Assembly: GCA_963806855.1 (NCBI GenBank) | Contig: CAWDYW010000001.1 | Location: forward strand, 608,001-672,000 | Origin: an uncultured Verrucomicrobiae bacterium | Lineage (GTDB): Bacteria > Chlamydiota > Chlamydiia > Chlamydiales > Rhabdochlamydiaceae | DNA: 64,000 bases | Reading direction: 5' to 3' | Shown here: positions 18,145 to 28,443 of the stretch, piece after piece | Layout of the letters: each line of letters opens with the position of its first letter | Numbering within the stretch: the first letter of the stretch is position 1 | Notes under the pieces: model-generated | Database searches by the model: none | What the model was told of the DNA's origin: nothing | Seen by the model: the letters and a program-made list of their open reading frames with translations, nothing else | Translations under genes and position numbers: made by a program

Positions 18145-20069
18145 AACGGGGTCTTCCATGAGACGACCTTAAGCAGTTCCTTGGGGATCTCGAACAAGAA
18201 CCGCGATGGGCTGGAGTTCTCATCTTTCCCGTACCGTTTTCTTTGGCGCGACATGCTGAGAGTCAGATGTTTCTTTGCTCGGGTGATCGCCACATACATC
18301 AGCCGTCGCTCTTCCTCTAACCGATTTTCAGAAAGGCTTTTCTCGTGGGGGATGATATGATCTTCGAGCGCCACCAAAAAGGTCGCCTCAAATTCGAGTC
18401 CCTTGGCGCTATGGAAAGTCATCACATTGACCTTATCCTCCCGTTCTACCTTCTTCTCAAATCGAGTTTGGTCAAGTAAGGTTGTGCTCAGGAAATCTTG
18501 TAGAGAGGCTGCCTCGGTCTCCTTCTCATATAAATCGAGCGCTCCAATACAGCTCTGAACGTTTTCCCATTTGAAATCGCGCATTTTCTCGCTCTTAACA
18601 TCCTCTTCAATCGCGTCCTTGTAGTTGATCGTCTCGAGGAACTCCTCTAGAGCCTCTTTGAAAGCCCCATTTTGAAATGCACTCCTGGCTCCTTCAATCA
18701 ACTCCACAAACCTGCGCACTGATCCAATCGCCCGCTCCTGTAGCTGGGTATGCTCGGTCAGATTTTTCATCACTTCCCACAGCGGCACATTCTGCCTTCT
18801 GTTTTCCTCAGTCAAGATCGCCACTGTTTGGTCTGAAATCCCCCTTCTGGGGACATTGACGATTCGCAGTAGCGCCTCCTCATCTTTCGGATTGGCAATG
18901 AGCCGCAAATAGGCCATCAAATCTTTGATTTCGCTCCGCTCATAGAGCTCGGTTCCCCCGAAAATCTGGTAGGGGATCCCTCTTCGCCACTCCCCATTTT
19001 TCTGCCACATCCCTTGCAGTAGAGACATTTCGAATGGGCGGGAGATCGCATTGGAGCGGTAGAGGATGGCAAAATCACTCCACTTCAAATTGTGTAATTT
19101 TTTGAGGTGAAGCATCCGTTGGATCACCGCATTGGCTTCATCGCTTTCAGAGGGGGCGTGGAAGAGGATGATCGGCTCAGTGTCGGGCGCGCGGGAGTAG
19201 AGCTCTTTCTGATGTCTCTCTGTATTGTGGGCAATCAGCGCATTGGCCGCTTTGAGGATAATCGGCAGGGAACGGTAGTTTTGCTGCAACTTAATTACTC
19301 TTGTCGACTCAAAGCTGAGAATATTTTTGATCTCGGCCCCGCGCCATCCATAAATCGATTGGTCATCGTCGCCGACCACACACAAATTGTTATGTTTTGA
19401 TGAGAGAAGCCTCGCAATTTGATACTGGATCGGGTTGGTGTCTTGATACTCATCGATCATGATGTAGCGGAATCGTTCTTGATACTTCGCCAAGACCTCA
19501 GGGTGCTTCTCGAGCAGCTCGACAGTCAGACTGAGTAGGCTATCGAAGTCGACTGCGTTGAAGGCCCGCATGCTGTTGTGGAGCCGTTCAAAAAGGGTGC
19601 GAGACATCTTGTCGGCAGGAAGTTCGCCGCGACTTTTCGCATGCGAAATATTGACCAGAATCGGCTCAATCGAGGGGAGCTCACCCTCATGTTCAAGCTC
19701 ATTGCGGGCCACCTGCTTGAGTAAGCGACGGATATCGCCCTCGTCATACAAACTAAAATCGCGCGTATAGCCCAGGTGATGGATCTCATGCCGCAGCAGC
19801 CGCATGCAAAAACTGTGGAAGGTCGCCAGCACCACCTTTTTCGCGCTTGCAGGAGGGACCAATTTGGATAGCCGCTCGCGCATTTCAGCCGCTGCTTTAT
19901 TGGTGAAGGTGAGCCCCAAGATCGACTCAGGCGGAGCCCCCTTTTTTTCGATGAGATGGGCAATTCGATGGACGATTACCTTGGTCTTGCCGCTGCCTGC
20001 TCCTGCGAGAACTAGGACTCGCCCCTCGGTTGCTTCAACAGCTTGGCTTTGCTCTTGATTGAGCGACAT
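18141..20069 (-). CDS. uvrD: UvrD/Rep/PcrA superfamily 1 helicase
   Basis: AGAGSGKT, DEYQD, GDDDQSIY, HSAKGLEF, EERRLMYVAITRA. Confidence 0.95.
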   Translation of the reverse strand: MSLNQEQSQAVEATEGRVLVLAGAGSGKTKVIVHRIAHLIEKKGAPPESILGLTFTNKAAAEMRERLSKLVPPASAKKVVLATFHSFCMRLLRHEIHHLGYTRDFSLYDEGDIRRLLKQVARNELEHEGELPSIEPILVNISHAKSRGELPADKMSRTLFERLHNSMRAFNAVDFDSLLSLTVELLEKHPEVLAKYQERFRYIMIDEYQDTNPIQYQIARLLSSKHNNLCVVGDDDQSIYGWRGAEIKNILSFESTRVIKLQQNYRSLPIILKAANALIAHNTERHQKELYSRAPDTEPIILFHAPSESDEANAVIQRMLHLKKLHNLKWSDFAILYRSNAISRPFEMSLLQGMWQKNGEWRRGIPYQIFGGTELYERSEIKDLMAYLRLIANPKDEEALLRIVNVPRRGISDQTVAILTEENRRQNVPLWEVMKNLTEHTQLQERAIGSVRRFVELIEGARSAFQNGAFKEALEEFLETINYKDAIEEDVKSEKMRDFKWENVQSCIGALDLYEKETEAASLQDFLSTTLLDQTRFEKKVEREDKVNVMTFHSAKGLEFEATFLVALEDHIIPHEKSLSENRLEEERRLMYVAITRAKKHLTLSMSRQRKRYGKDENSSPSRFLFEIPKELLKVVSWKTPF

Positions 20070-20373
20070 GTTGTAACTCCAAAAGATCTTGGGTGATTTG
20101 ATCTAGAGAATACTCTGACACCCCTTTTTTCGGCATCACAACCATCTCAATGGGTGCAAGGCAGGCCAGATTGAGACGAAAAGCTTCCCGCACCAGCCGC
20201 TTGAACCGATTTCGGAGGACCGAGCAGCCAAATTGGCGAACGACCGTAATGCCGAGTTTCGTTTTTGCCCCGTGACAATAGTCGATGGTGAGGATTTTAC
20301 CGAAATAGCGGTTACGCGCGCAGGCGATTTCTTTAAAGCGCTGCCTTTTGAGAATGCGGGAGGATTTGCGCAG
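20035..20373 (-). CDS. rnpA: RNase P protein component (start uncertain: CTG at 20373 or ATG at 20469)
   Basis: LGITV, RNRFKRLVREAFR (RNR motif); follows rpmH. Confidence 0.9.
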   Translation of the reverse strand: MRKSSRILKRQRFKEIACARNRYFGKILTIDYCHGAKTKLGITVVRQFGCSVLRNRFKRLVREAFRLNLACLAPIEMVVMPKKGVSEYSLDQITQDLLELQHVAQSRAKPSC

Positions 20374-20375
20374 TC

Positions 20376-20513
20376 TTAAACGACTGTCAGCTGCTTGCGG
20401 CCTCGGCGACGTCGTGCATTGAGCACTTTCCGGCCGCCGACCGTTGCCATTCTTTTGCGAAATCCGCATGTCGTTTGACGTTTCTTCTTGCTTGGTTGAT
20501 AGGTTCTCTTCAT
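20376..20513 (-). CDS. rpmH: 50S ribosomal protein L34
   Basis: Translated by hand: [45 protein letters not shown]. Confidence 0.97.
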   Translation of the reverse strand: MKRTYQPSKKKRQTTCGFRKRMATVGGRKVLNARRRRGRKQLTVV

Positions 20514-20645
20514 AGATTTCCCTCGTTTTCCTTCAAATCGTACAGGAAGGGAATCAAAAAAACAATCAAAATATTTTTTTTAACTTGAAAGGAAAGGGGA
20601 ACTCTGGCTATACTTACGGTTTTTAATGTTGATTGGAAAAACACA

Positions 20646-20783
20646 ATGAAAGTCAGAGCATCAGTAAAAGCAGATCCCAATAAAGGGGACAAAATTGTGC
20701 GTCGTAAAGGGCGCGTCTACGTGATTAACAAAATCGATCCGAACCGCAAGCAGAGGCAAAAAGGCCCTGCCCGCAAAAAATAG
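20646..20783 (+). CDS. rpmJ: 50S ribosomal protein L36 (zinc-free type)
   Basis: Translated by hand: [45 protein letters not shown]. Confidence 0.95.
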   Translation: MKVRASVKADPNKGDKIVRRKGRVYVINKIDPNRKQRQKGPARKK

Positions 20784-20792
20784 TAGAGGACC

Positions 20793-21095
20793 ATGACAAG
20801 AGCAATAAGAGTAAAGCAAGAGCGTCGCCAGAAACTCGTCGATCGGAAGTGGAATGAGCGGCAAGAGCTTAAAAAAATAGTACGTAGTTTGACCGTTTCA
20901 GACGAGCAGCGTTTTGAAGCTCAGAACAAATTGAACAAAATGTCCCGCAATTCCTCTCCTGTCAGGCTCAGAAACCGATGCATCCTCACAGGAAGACCAC
21001 GAGGCTACCTCCGCAAGTTCAAAATGTCTCGTATTTGCTTCCGCGAACTGGCCAACAACGGGACCATCCCCGGCGTCTTCAAAGCCAGCTGGTAA
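20793..21095 (+). CDS. rpsN: 30S ribosomal protein S14
   Basis: [25 protein letters not shown]. Confidence 0.97.
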   Translation: MTRAIRVKQERRQKLVDRKWNERQELKKIVRSLTVSDEQRFEAQNKLNKMSRNSSPVRLRNRCILTGRPRGYLRKFKMSRICFRELANNGTIPGVFKASW

Positions 21096-21156
21096 ATTTC
21101 AAAACATCATTTTACGATTTCTCAAGGCTCAGAAATGGGCCTTTTTTATTCCAGCA

Positions 21157-21206
21157 TTCAATGCAAAGATAAAAAAAATACTTTTTCTTTGCGCCTCTGC
21201 GTTGAA
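21157..21206. repeat. Short CGCAAAGA-family hairpin between convergent genes
   Basis: TTCAATGCAAAGA...TCTTTGCGCCTCTGCGTTGAA. Confidence 0.55.
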
Positions 21207-21216
21207 ACAAGTCTAG

Positions 21217-21597
21217 TTATTTTTTTGGGAAGAAATCTGCGAACGGCTGCCAATTCTCAAGGGTCTCGTTCCAGACGTAGCTTTTGTCTGAAACTTTACC
21301 CTCGCGGAGCGCTTTAACCAGGGCTTCGAAGCTCATCGGACCGTTTTGCTCGTTACTCGGGGCAAGGTAGTACCAGAGCTTTTCGCTGTGGGCGGGATCA
21401 AATTGGGGGGTGATATCGATCGTGGCAGGTCCATTGGCCTTCTTGGCTTTGGGGCCAAAGAAGAGGAAGAGGATGCCGAAAATACCAAAGAATACACCTA
21501 AGAAAAACCACAGGTAGGGGTTCTTGCCGCGCGTCTTGGCCATGTAGGCTGAAGTGGCTCCGAAAATGAGCCAGGTGATTGCATAAGGGAGTAACAT
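21217..21597 (-). CDS. Membrane protein with GYF_2/DUF4339 domain
   Basis: Two TM helices; WYYL..EQNGPMS..YVWNETLENW. Confidence 0.8.
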   Translation of the reverse strand: MLLPYAITWLIFGATSAYMAKTRGKNPYLWFFLGVFFGIFGILFLFFGPKAKKANGPATIDITPQFDPAHSEKLWYYLAPSNEQNGPMSFEALVKALREGKVSDKSYVWNETLENWQPFADFFPKK

Positions 21598-21840
21598 ACT
21601 GTCAGTTTGTCAGAAAATGCTGTTCAAATCAATGGAAATCGTGTAAAATGGCTGATCGATATCAGGAATTTTTTTATGAGTATCTCCGAGAGAATCGCTG
21701 GCAATTTTTTAACTTCTTCGCTCATTAATAGGGCCTCTGACTATGAATTTCGCGAAGGAATTAAAAAATTGCAGAGCGCTTCCTCTAGATCTATACATAA
21801 AAAACTCCCTGATATCGATTAAGATATTTTTTGAGGTGTT

Positions 21841-22284
21841 ATGAAAGATAAGTTGACGCAAGTGGATACGAAGGAGCTCGAGCTTCCAGATACGCTGTTT
21901 GTACGGGATATTGAGAGCAAGGTTTTTCAAACAATCGCTTTACAGGCTCTTCTGAATATCGAAGGGGTGTCGATTCTTGAAGGGAATCTGATTGATACGT
22001 TTTTTGGCCGTGATGGGCCAGATCGAATCAAGGGGATCTACGTCGAGCAGGATCTCAAGAATCATTCTGTGATGATCAAACTTGAAATCAATGTCGCCTA
22101 TGGGGTTTCGCTGCCTGAGAAAGCAGAGGAAATTCAGAATACAATCGCCCGCGAAGTAAGCCGGCTCACTGGCCTGCATGTCAGCTGTGTCCATGTGGTC
22201 TTTAAAAATCTGATCCTGCCGAAAGAAGCGACGGTGACCGAAGAGGATCAGCAAGAATTAACCTATTTGGATGACTTTAAATGA
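21841..22284 (+). CDS. Asp23/Gls24 family protein
   Basis: INVAYGVSLPEKAEEIQ, TGLHVSCVHV. Confidence 0.85.
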   Translation: MKDKLTQVDTKELELPDTLFVRDIESKVFQTIALQALLNIEGVSILEGNLIDTFFGRDGPDRIKGIYVEQDLKNHSVMIKLEINVAYGVSLPEKAEEIQNTIAREVSRLTGLHVSCVHVVFKNLILPKEATVTEEDQQELTYLDDFK

Positions 22285-22302
22285 GACCGGGCCGTCTGAT
22301 TT

Positions 22303-22767
22303 ATGGTGCAATTGCTGATCATCGCTGCCCTTTTCGGCGCAGGAGGCATACTCCTCGGGCTACATTATGCTCCCCATGTGCGTGAGCAAGTGGTCGACTG
22401 GATTCTTCAGCCCAGAATGAGTCTACTGATCTTCGGATGGCTTATACTGGGGACTGCCTTTTTGCTAACGGTATGTTTTGGGATGATGCAAAAGACCCAA
22501 TACTTGCGGTTAAGGATGCGTGGCAGGGAATTCTTCGTCGAAGAGACAGTGATTAAGCAGGCGATAGGCCAATTTTGGCGCCTCGAATTTCCGCAAATCA
22601 CTCCTCCGGAAGAGGTCTATTTCGCTCGTCAGAAAATTGAAGTGATTACTGAAAATGTCGAGTGTGATTTAGAAGAGCTTGAGCTGCGGCTAGGAACTTT
22701 CCTCTCCCAGAAATTCGGGTACGAGAAGGAGTTTTTTGTGACTCTAACTGCCAAGAACCTATCCTAA
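22303..22767 (+). CDS. Hypothetical membrane protein
   Basis: Two TM segments; follows the Asp23 gene. Confidence 0.65.
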   Translation: MVQLLIIAALFGAGGILLGLHYAPHVREQVVDWILQPRMSLLIFGWLILGTAFLLTVCFGMMQKTQYLRLRMRGREFFVEETVIKQAIGQFWRLEFPQITPPEEVYFARQKIEVITENVECDLEELELRLGTFLSQKFGYEKEFFVTLTAKNLS

Positions 22768-22847
22768 TTTTTCTACGCTTTAGTATAATTGCGCTTTCGC
22801 CTAAGAGTCCTTAAGCAAAAGCGCGATTCGCATCTACTCGCTCGTAA

Positions 22848-23687
22848 TTATAAGGATCCCTCGTCGTAAAATAGTGCGTCGGGATCTGGGAGAGTATCAC
22901 AATATATTTGGTTGTAAATGGGTTGAGGATTTACAGTTTCATAAGGCCCGCCGGCGTGAAATAGGGACCCCTGACCATTGAGGACGCCATTAAAAAAGGA
23001 CCCTGCAAAGACTGTACCATCGGCAAATTTAACGATTCCGGCGCCGTGACGCTTATTTTTGTGCCACATTCCATCATAGATAGACCCATCTGAATAAGTG
23101 CGAATCCCATGTCCATGATGTAAGTCTCCTTTCCACTCCCCGGCATAATAGGTGCCATCAGGATAAGTCAGCGTGCCGTTGTTTGGGCGCTTTCCATTTT
23201 CATAGCGGCCAATGTAGGTGCTGCCATCTTTGTTATGAATCTGCACGACTCCATGCAGTTGATCATTTTTCCATTCAGCAATATAGGTTTTGTCTGGGTA
23301 TGTTAAAGTGCCGATCCCATCACGGAGGCCATTATTGAAGTCACCACAATAGGTGCTCCCATCTTCATTATTAAGGATCGCATAGCCAGTATAGCCAGCA
23401 GGAATTGAAAAATGAAAAACAGGAGTCTCTGCTTCTCCTGATTCAAGTGGTGATTCAACGCGTGATTCAAGAGGGGAATCAATAGGCGATAATCGACCAT
23501 TTAGAAGATCCTCAAGACTATCAACCCGCCTACTATCTGTTCCATAGAATGAATTTTTTGCGACTCGTGTTGTTTTAGTTTTCAACTCACCCTCGTTCCC
23601 CTCTTGAGAGGTTGCGAGGTCATCATAAAGGGCCTGAATAAAGGGATCAATTTTCTTAGCGGGTGTTGAATTTGTTGAAATAAACAT
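22848..23687 (-). CDS. MORN-repeat protein with Ser/Pro-rich N-terminus
   Basis: Repeats of Y.GeWknd..hG.G...y.DG. Confidence 0.85.
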   Translation of the reverse strand: MFISTNSTPAKKIDPFIQALYDDLATSQEGNEGELKTKTTRVAKNSFYGTDSRRVDSLEDLLNGRLSPIDSPLESRVESPLESGEAETPVFHFSIPAGYTGYAILNNEDGSTYCGDFNNGLRDGIGTLTYPDKTYIAEWKNDQLHGVVQIHNKDGSTYIGRYENGKRPNNGTLTYPDGTYYAGEWKGDLHHGHGIRTYSDGSIYDGMWHKNKRHGAGIVKFADGTVFAGSFFNGVLNGQGSLFHAGGPYETVNPQPIYNQIYCDTLPDPDALFYDEGSL

Positions 23688-23874
23688 GTTTTTATCCTCT
23701 GTTATTTATTAATATAGTTTTAATTATATCAAATTATATATTTAAATTAAATGAAAAAAGATTGATAAATTGAATATAAAGCGCTTATAAGCGTTATCCA
23801 GTAAGCTATTGACATTCAAAGAGTTAAGTTTTTTGTTTTGAAAAAATAGATGTAAAATTAAAATTGTTGCTCAT

Positions 23875-24471
23875 ATGGAAATGATGCAGCTAGTTGGTTA
23901 CGATTATTTTAATCTGAATCTCTTGCGAAAAATAGAGGAGGTTCAGCTCGACAGCACTCCATTCAATAATCGAGAGCGCCCGTTCAATGAACTGGGGCTG
24001 CGCGAATCGATGTCGGTCTTTGATTTTTTAGCCAGGGGAGAAGGGATCGCGCATGCTTTAAAAGGGAGGGTTAAACTCTTTCTGAAGAGAATGGAATTGA
24101 ATGTCTATTTTCTCAAAAACAATTTTCAGGCAGCAAACGAGTTAATCGAACAATTTGAGAAGCTCAAGCAATCAAAGGAGAAGGCAGATCAAGTTCTCAT
24201 GGGACTTCAGGCGAAGTTATCCCAATATAATCATGAGGGGGACAAAGAGTTGCTCTCTTCATGCGAAATTGTGACGAACTATGCCAATGCAAAAAGGGTG
24301 ATCGACTACTTGATAGAATGCAGTGCCAAATTAACAAAAGGTTATTTGGGAGGGGGAACATTTTTTACTTACCTTCCAGATCGGATAGCTACGCTGACGG
24401 CTGCCATTCAAAATATGGAGCAGGCTATACCTGTCATGCCAGATGGGGCTGATGAGGAAGCGGAGTTATGA
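23875..24471 (+). CDS. Hypothetical helical protein
   Basis: 198-aa ORF; its 3' end is partly duplicated at about 25611-25710. Confidence 0.6.
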   Translation: MEMMQLVGYDYFNLNLLRKIEEVQLDSTPFNNRERPFNELGLRESMSVFDFLARGEGIAHALKGRVKLFLKRMELNVYFLKNNFQAANELIEQFEKLKQSKEKADQVLMGLQAKLSQYNHEGDKELLSSCEIVTNYANAKRVIDYLIECSAKLTKGYLGGGTFFTYLPDRIATLTAAIQNMEQAIPVMPDGADEEAEL

Positions 24472-25300
24472 GGCTTTTTCTGAAAAAACGAGATGCTTAG
24501 TTTTTTCAAAGAGATCAAAGGCTAAAGTTATCACCGTGTGCAGCCCTTTGATGCATGAATCATTTATTAAAGATTCTCTATAAATATTTCCCATTGTATG
24601 TGAAACTGTAGAAATTAAAAGCCCATATCTGAAGTTTTCAAATAGGAAGCCATAAGTTAATCCACCAATAAATTGCGATAAAATCTGTGGTCTATCATGA
24701 GCTAATGCAAAAATTGTCGAGGCAATTATAATTCGAGTAGCTGTATGAGAAAGAAAAGCTCTTGTGCTCCCTGAAAACAACTTAGAAATTGCAACTAGGG
24801 CAATTTTTTGAATCATCAATCTGCAAATCAGCTCTTCAACAAATGCACTTGCAATCACATTTGAGCTGTTGGGTCTATCAAAGCAACAATCTATATACAG
24901 ATTTTTATGTTCTTCTGTGGCAGATAAATAGGTCTCTGAAGAAATAAATTTTTTAATTCTTCCCAAATAGATCAGAGAGTAAATGAGCCCTTCGCATTGA
25001 CCTTCTGAAGCGTGGTTCATGGGAATAAGATCTGGAATATAATTCTCTATAAAGCTAGTCATGGATTCACTTAAATTTACCAATGGAGCGAAAAAAAGAG
25101 GCCAAGCGACTGGGGTCAAAAAATTTCGCAGTTCGTAAGCAGTAATAGTCACTTAATGTGCTACTGGTCCCCCGACAATGCGGACTGATGACGTGATCCC
25201 ATGTGTATGCCTCAATCAAACCTGATGTTATACCCATTGCAGTCTGCTTGATCACGGGCAGCGATAAGAAATTTTGAACAGCTTTCACACAAATGCTCAT
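24466..25300 (-). pseudogene. CPBP (Abi/CAAX) intramembrane protease copy 1, frameshifted near 25091-25097
   Basis: EELICR, FALAH, HTMGN; split into two ORFs; one extra base relative to the paralog at an A7 run. Confidence 0.75.
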
Positions 25301-25352
25301 AGATAGTTAATTATAGCAAATTAGATAATTAATTTATATATTAGATAATATT

Positions 25353-25576
25353 TTATTCTGCTATGAATTTGCGGAGTGCGGCGATGTCTTTTGCCGTAAT
25401 CCCTTTAACTGCAAGGAGCTCGTCGTCGGTGGCGAGCTGGATCCGTTTGCTGCGCCGTTTGCGATGGAAACCGATCGCTCGTTCGTGGGCGGCGTCGCGG
25501 ATTTGCTGAAGGAGAAAGAGGAGGGGGGAGCGGGTATTGAGGGAGATGGGGTCGGGGTGGTCAGGGAGGAAGATCC
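25353..25576 (-). pseudogene. Duplicated 3' fragment of uvrC with an internal 87-bp deletion
   Basis: Matches 26604-26914 minus the segment between two GGATCCGTTTG repeats. Confidence 0.9.
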
Positions 25577-25705
25577 CCCAGATTTTTTCCTCTACATTGC
25601 GGATAGGGTCTACCTTCCAGATCGGATAGCTAAGTTGAAGGCTGCCATTCAAATATGGGGCAGGAGATGGCGGTCAGTTCAGATGGGGCTGATGAGGACG
25701 CGGAA

Positions 25706-26551
25706 TTATGAGGCTTTTTCCGAAGAAAAGAAGTGCTGAGTTTTTTCAAAGAGTTCAATGCTCAAAGTTGCCGCCTCTCTCATAGCTTTGTTGCAGAGAC
25801 CATTTCTATAAAGGTTGTATCTAAAAATATTACTCATTGCATGTGAAACTGTAGAAAGTAAAAGCCCATATCTGCAATTTTCAAACATGAAGCCATATGT
25901 TAATCCCCCAATAAATTGCCATAAATAATTTGGGCGATCATGAGCCAATGCAAAAATTGTCGATGCAATCATAATTCGAGTAGCGGAATGAGAAAGAAAA
26001 GCTCTTGTTCTGCCTGAAAATAACTTGGAAATTGCAACAAGGGCAATTTTTTGAATTATCACTCTGAAGATCAGCTCTTCAACAAATGCACCTGCGATCT
26101 CATATGAGCTGTTCGTTCTATTTGTGCAACAACCTAAATAAATATCCTGATAGTATTCTATGGAAGCTAAATACTCTTTAGGCGGCTGTCCTCCTGAAGG
26201 GATAAATCTTTCAAATCTTTTCAAATGAGCCAGCGGGAGAGTGAGAACTTCGCAATCATAGGTGAGGTCCATAGGAATAAAATCTGGAACATAATGCTCT
26301 ACAAATTTAGACATGGAAAGTTTTAAATTTATCAGTGGATTTAAGAAAAAGGCCAAGCGGCTGGGTTCGAAAAATTTCGCGGCTCGTAAGCAGTAATAGT
26401 CACTTAATGTGCTGTTTGTTTTCGAACAAAGAGGGCTGACGAGCTCCATTGACATGTATGCGTCAATTAGCCCCACAGTTACACCCAATGCAGTCTGCTT
26501 AATCAGGGGGAGTGATAAGAAATTTTGAACAGCTTTCACACAAATACTCAT
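25706..26551 (-). CDS. CPBP (Abi/CAAX) intramembrane metalloprotease copy 2
   Basis: EELIFR, FALAH, HAMSN. Confidence 0.8.
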   Translation of the reverse strand: MSICVKAVQNFLSLPLIKQTALGVTVGLIDAYMSMELVSPLCSKTNSTLSDYYCLRAAKFFEPSRLAFFLNPLINLKLSMSKFVEHYVPDFIPMDLTYDCEVLTLPLAHLKRFERFIPSGGQPPKEYLASIEYYQDIYLGCCTNRTNSSYEIAGAFVEELIFRVIIQKIALVAISKLFSGRTRAFLSHSATRIMIASTIFALAHDRPNYLWQFIGGLTYGFMFENCRYGLLLSTVSHAMSNIFRYNLYRNGLCNKAMREAATLSIELFEKTQHFFSSEKAS

Positions 26552-26603
26552 AGATAATTAATTATAGCAAATTATATAATTAATTTATATATTAAATAAT
26601 ACT

Positions 26604-28443
26604 TTATTCTGCTATGAATTTGCGGAGTCCGGCGATGTCTTTTGCCGTAATCCCTTTAACTGTAAGGAGCTCGTCGTCGGTGGCGAGCTGGATCCGTTTG
26701 AAGCTCCCAAAATGCTTAAGGAGCCGTTTTTTCTTGATTGGGCCGATGCCGGGTATGGCTTCAAGGGCGCTGGTGAGGATCCGTTTGCTGCGCCGTTTGC
26801 GATGGAAACCGATCGCTCGTTCGTGGGCGGCGTCGCGGATTTGCTGAAGGAGAAAGAGGAGGGGGGAGCGGGTATTAAGGGAGATGGGCTCGGGATGGTC
26901 CGGGAGGAAGATCCGCTCGGCGGTGAGCCCTTTGTATGCTTGGCCTCTTCTTTGGTGATGGCGGCCAGGTCGACGTTGGCGATGTCGAGCTCTTTAAAGA
27001 CTTTGATGCCGATGTTGAGCTGTCCTTTGCCGCCGTCGATGATGACGAGGTCGGGGAGGTCATCTTCATCTTTGGCGCGGAGGAGGCGGCGCGAGAGCAC
27101 TTGGTGCAGGGCAGCATAGTCGTCTCCTTTGTCGATGTTTTTGATTTTGAAGAGGCGGGTCCGCTTTTTGTCGTAGAGGCCGTCGGTGAAGGCGACCATG
27201 GAGGCGACGAGGTCGCTGCCGGAGATGTTGGAGGTGTCGAAGCACTCGATGCGGCGGGGATAGCGGTTGAGTTTGAGGGTTTCTTGGAGGTCGAGGAGCA
27301 TTTTTTCGCTGCAGCTCCTGATTCGTCTTTTTCTTGTTCGAAGAGTCGCTTTGGCGTTTCTTGCGGCGAGGTCGGACGAGGGCTTTTTTATTCCCCTTTT
27401 CGGGGTGTGAGCAGCTGGATTTTTTTGCTGTGCGTCTCGTAGAGGATCTCTTCGAGGACTCGTTATTATTCTTAGGACGTAGGGGAAGTAGAATCTCTTC
27501 GGGAAGGCTGTCTTTTGCTGTAGTATTGGAGGATGAAGGAGGTGATCAGTTCTTCGTCTTCTTCAAGGACATGGGTGAAGGAGTAGTGTTCGGAGCCGAT
27601 GAGTTTGCCTTCGCGGAAGAAGAGCTGCGATCGAGGATCACTTCGTCGCTTTGCCGGAAGAGGCCGATGCGTCGCTGTCTTTGGTCCCCGCTGCTTTGAC
27701 GACTTGGCGGATGCTGGTCGACATGTTCGATTTGCCGGATGGTTTGCAGAAGGGCGGCCGCTTTTTCAAATTCGAGATTTTCAGAGGCTTTTTCCATCTC
27801 TTCGTAGAGTTTGGTGAAAATTTCTTTGATCTTTACCTTTGAGAAAGTCGATCGCGCCGTCGACGTAGGTGTCGTATTCTTCTTTGGTGCAGATAATCGA
27901 CACAAGGGGCGATGCACCGTTTGATCCCATAGAGCAGGCAGGGGCGCGTCCGTCTCTTGAGTTCTTCGTCGGAGCATTGGCGCAAGGGAAAGAGGTTAGT
28001 CAGCAGTTCGTAGGTTTGCCGCGCAGCAAAGGCGCTGGTGTAAGGGCCAAAGTAGAGTCCTTCTTCTTTGGGTTTGCCTTTGTAGCGGACGAGCTGGATG
28101 CTGGGCCAGTTGTGCTGGTGGTTGATCATGAGGCTGATGAAGGTTTTGTCGTCTTTTAGAAAGGCGTTGTATTTGGGCTGATGCTTTTTGATCAGGGTGT
28201 TTTCGAGCGAGCAGCGCCTCTTTTTCATTTTCAACGACGATAGTGTCGATGTGGGCGATCTCTTGCAGCAGGTAGGGGATCATCGGCCGGGATATCGCCC
28301 GAGGAGGCGAAGTACTGCTTGACCCGCTTTTTGAGGTGCTTGGCTTTGCCGACATAGATGACTTCGCCCGCCTCATTTTTCATGAGATAGACGCCCGGCT
28401 CCAGGGGGAAGCGCTCTAGCTGTTTGGGGTCGTACTTTTCCAT
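26604..28443 (-). CDS. uvrC: Excinuclease ABC subunit C with multiple frameshifts (probably sequence errors)
   Basis: [42 protein letters not shown] spread over several frames. Confidence 0.9.

Noticed and set aside
22281..22305. ATG overlapping the Asp23 stop but out of frame with ORF 22303
   Set aside because: It may be a small indel or an alternative start; this cannot be resolved without reads.
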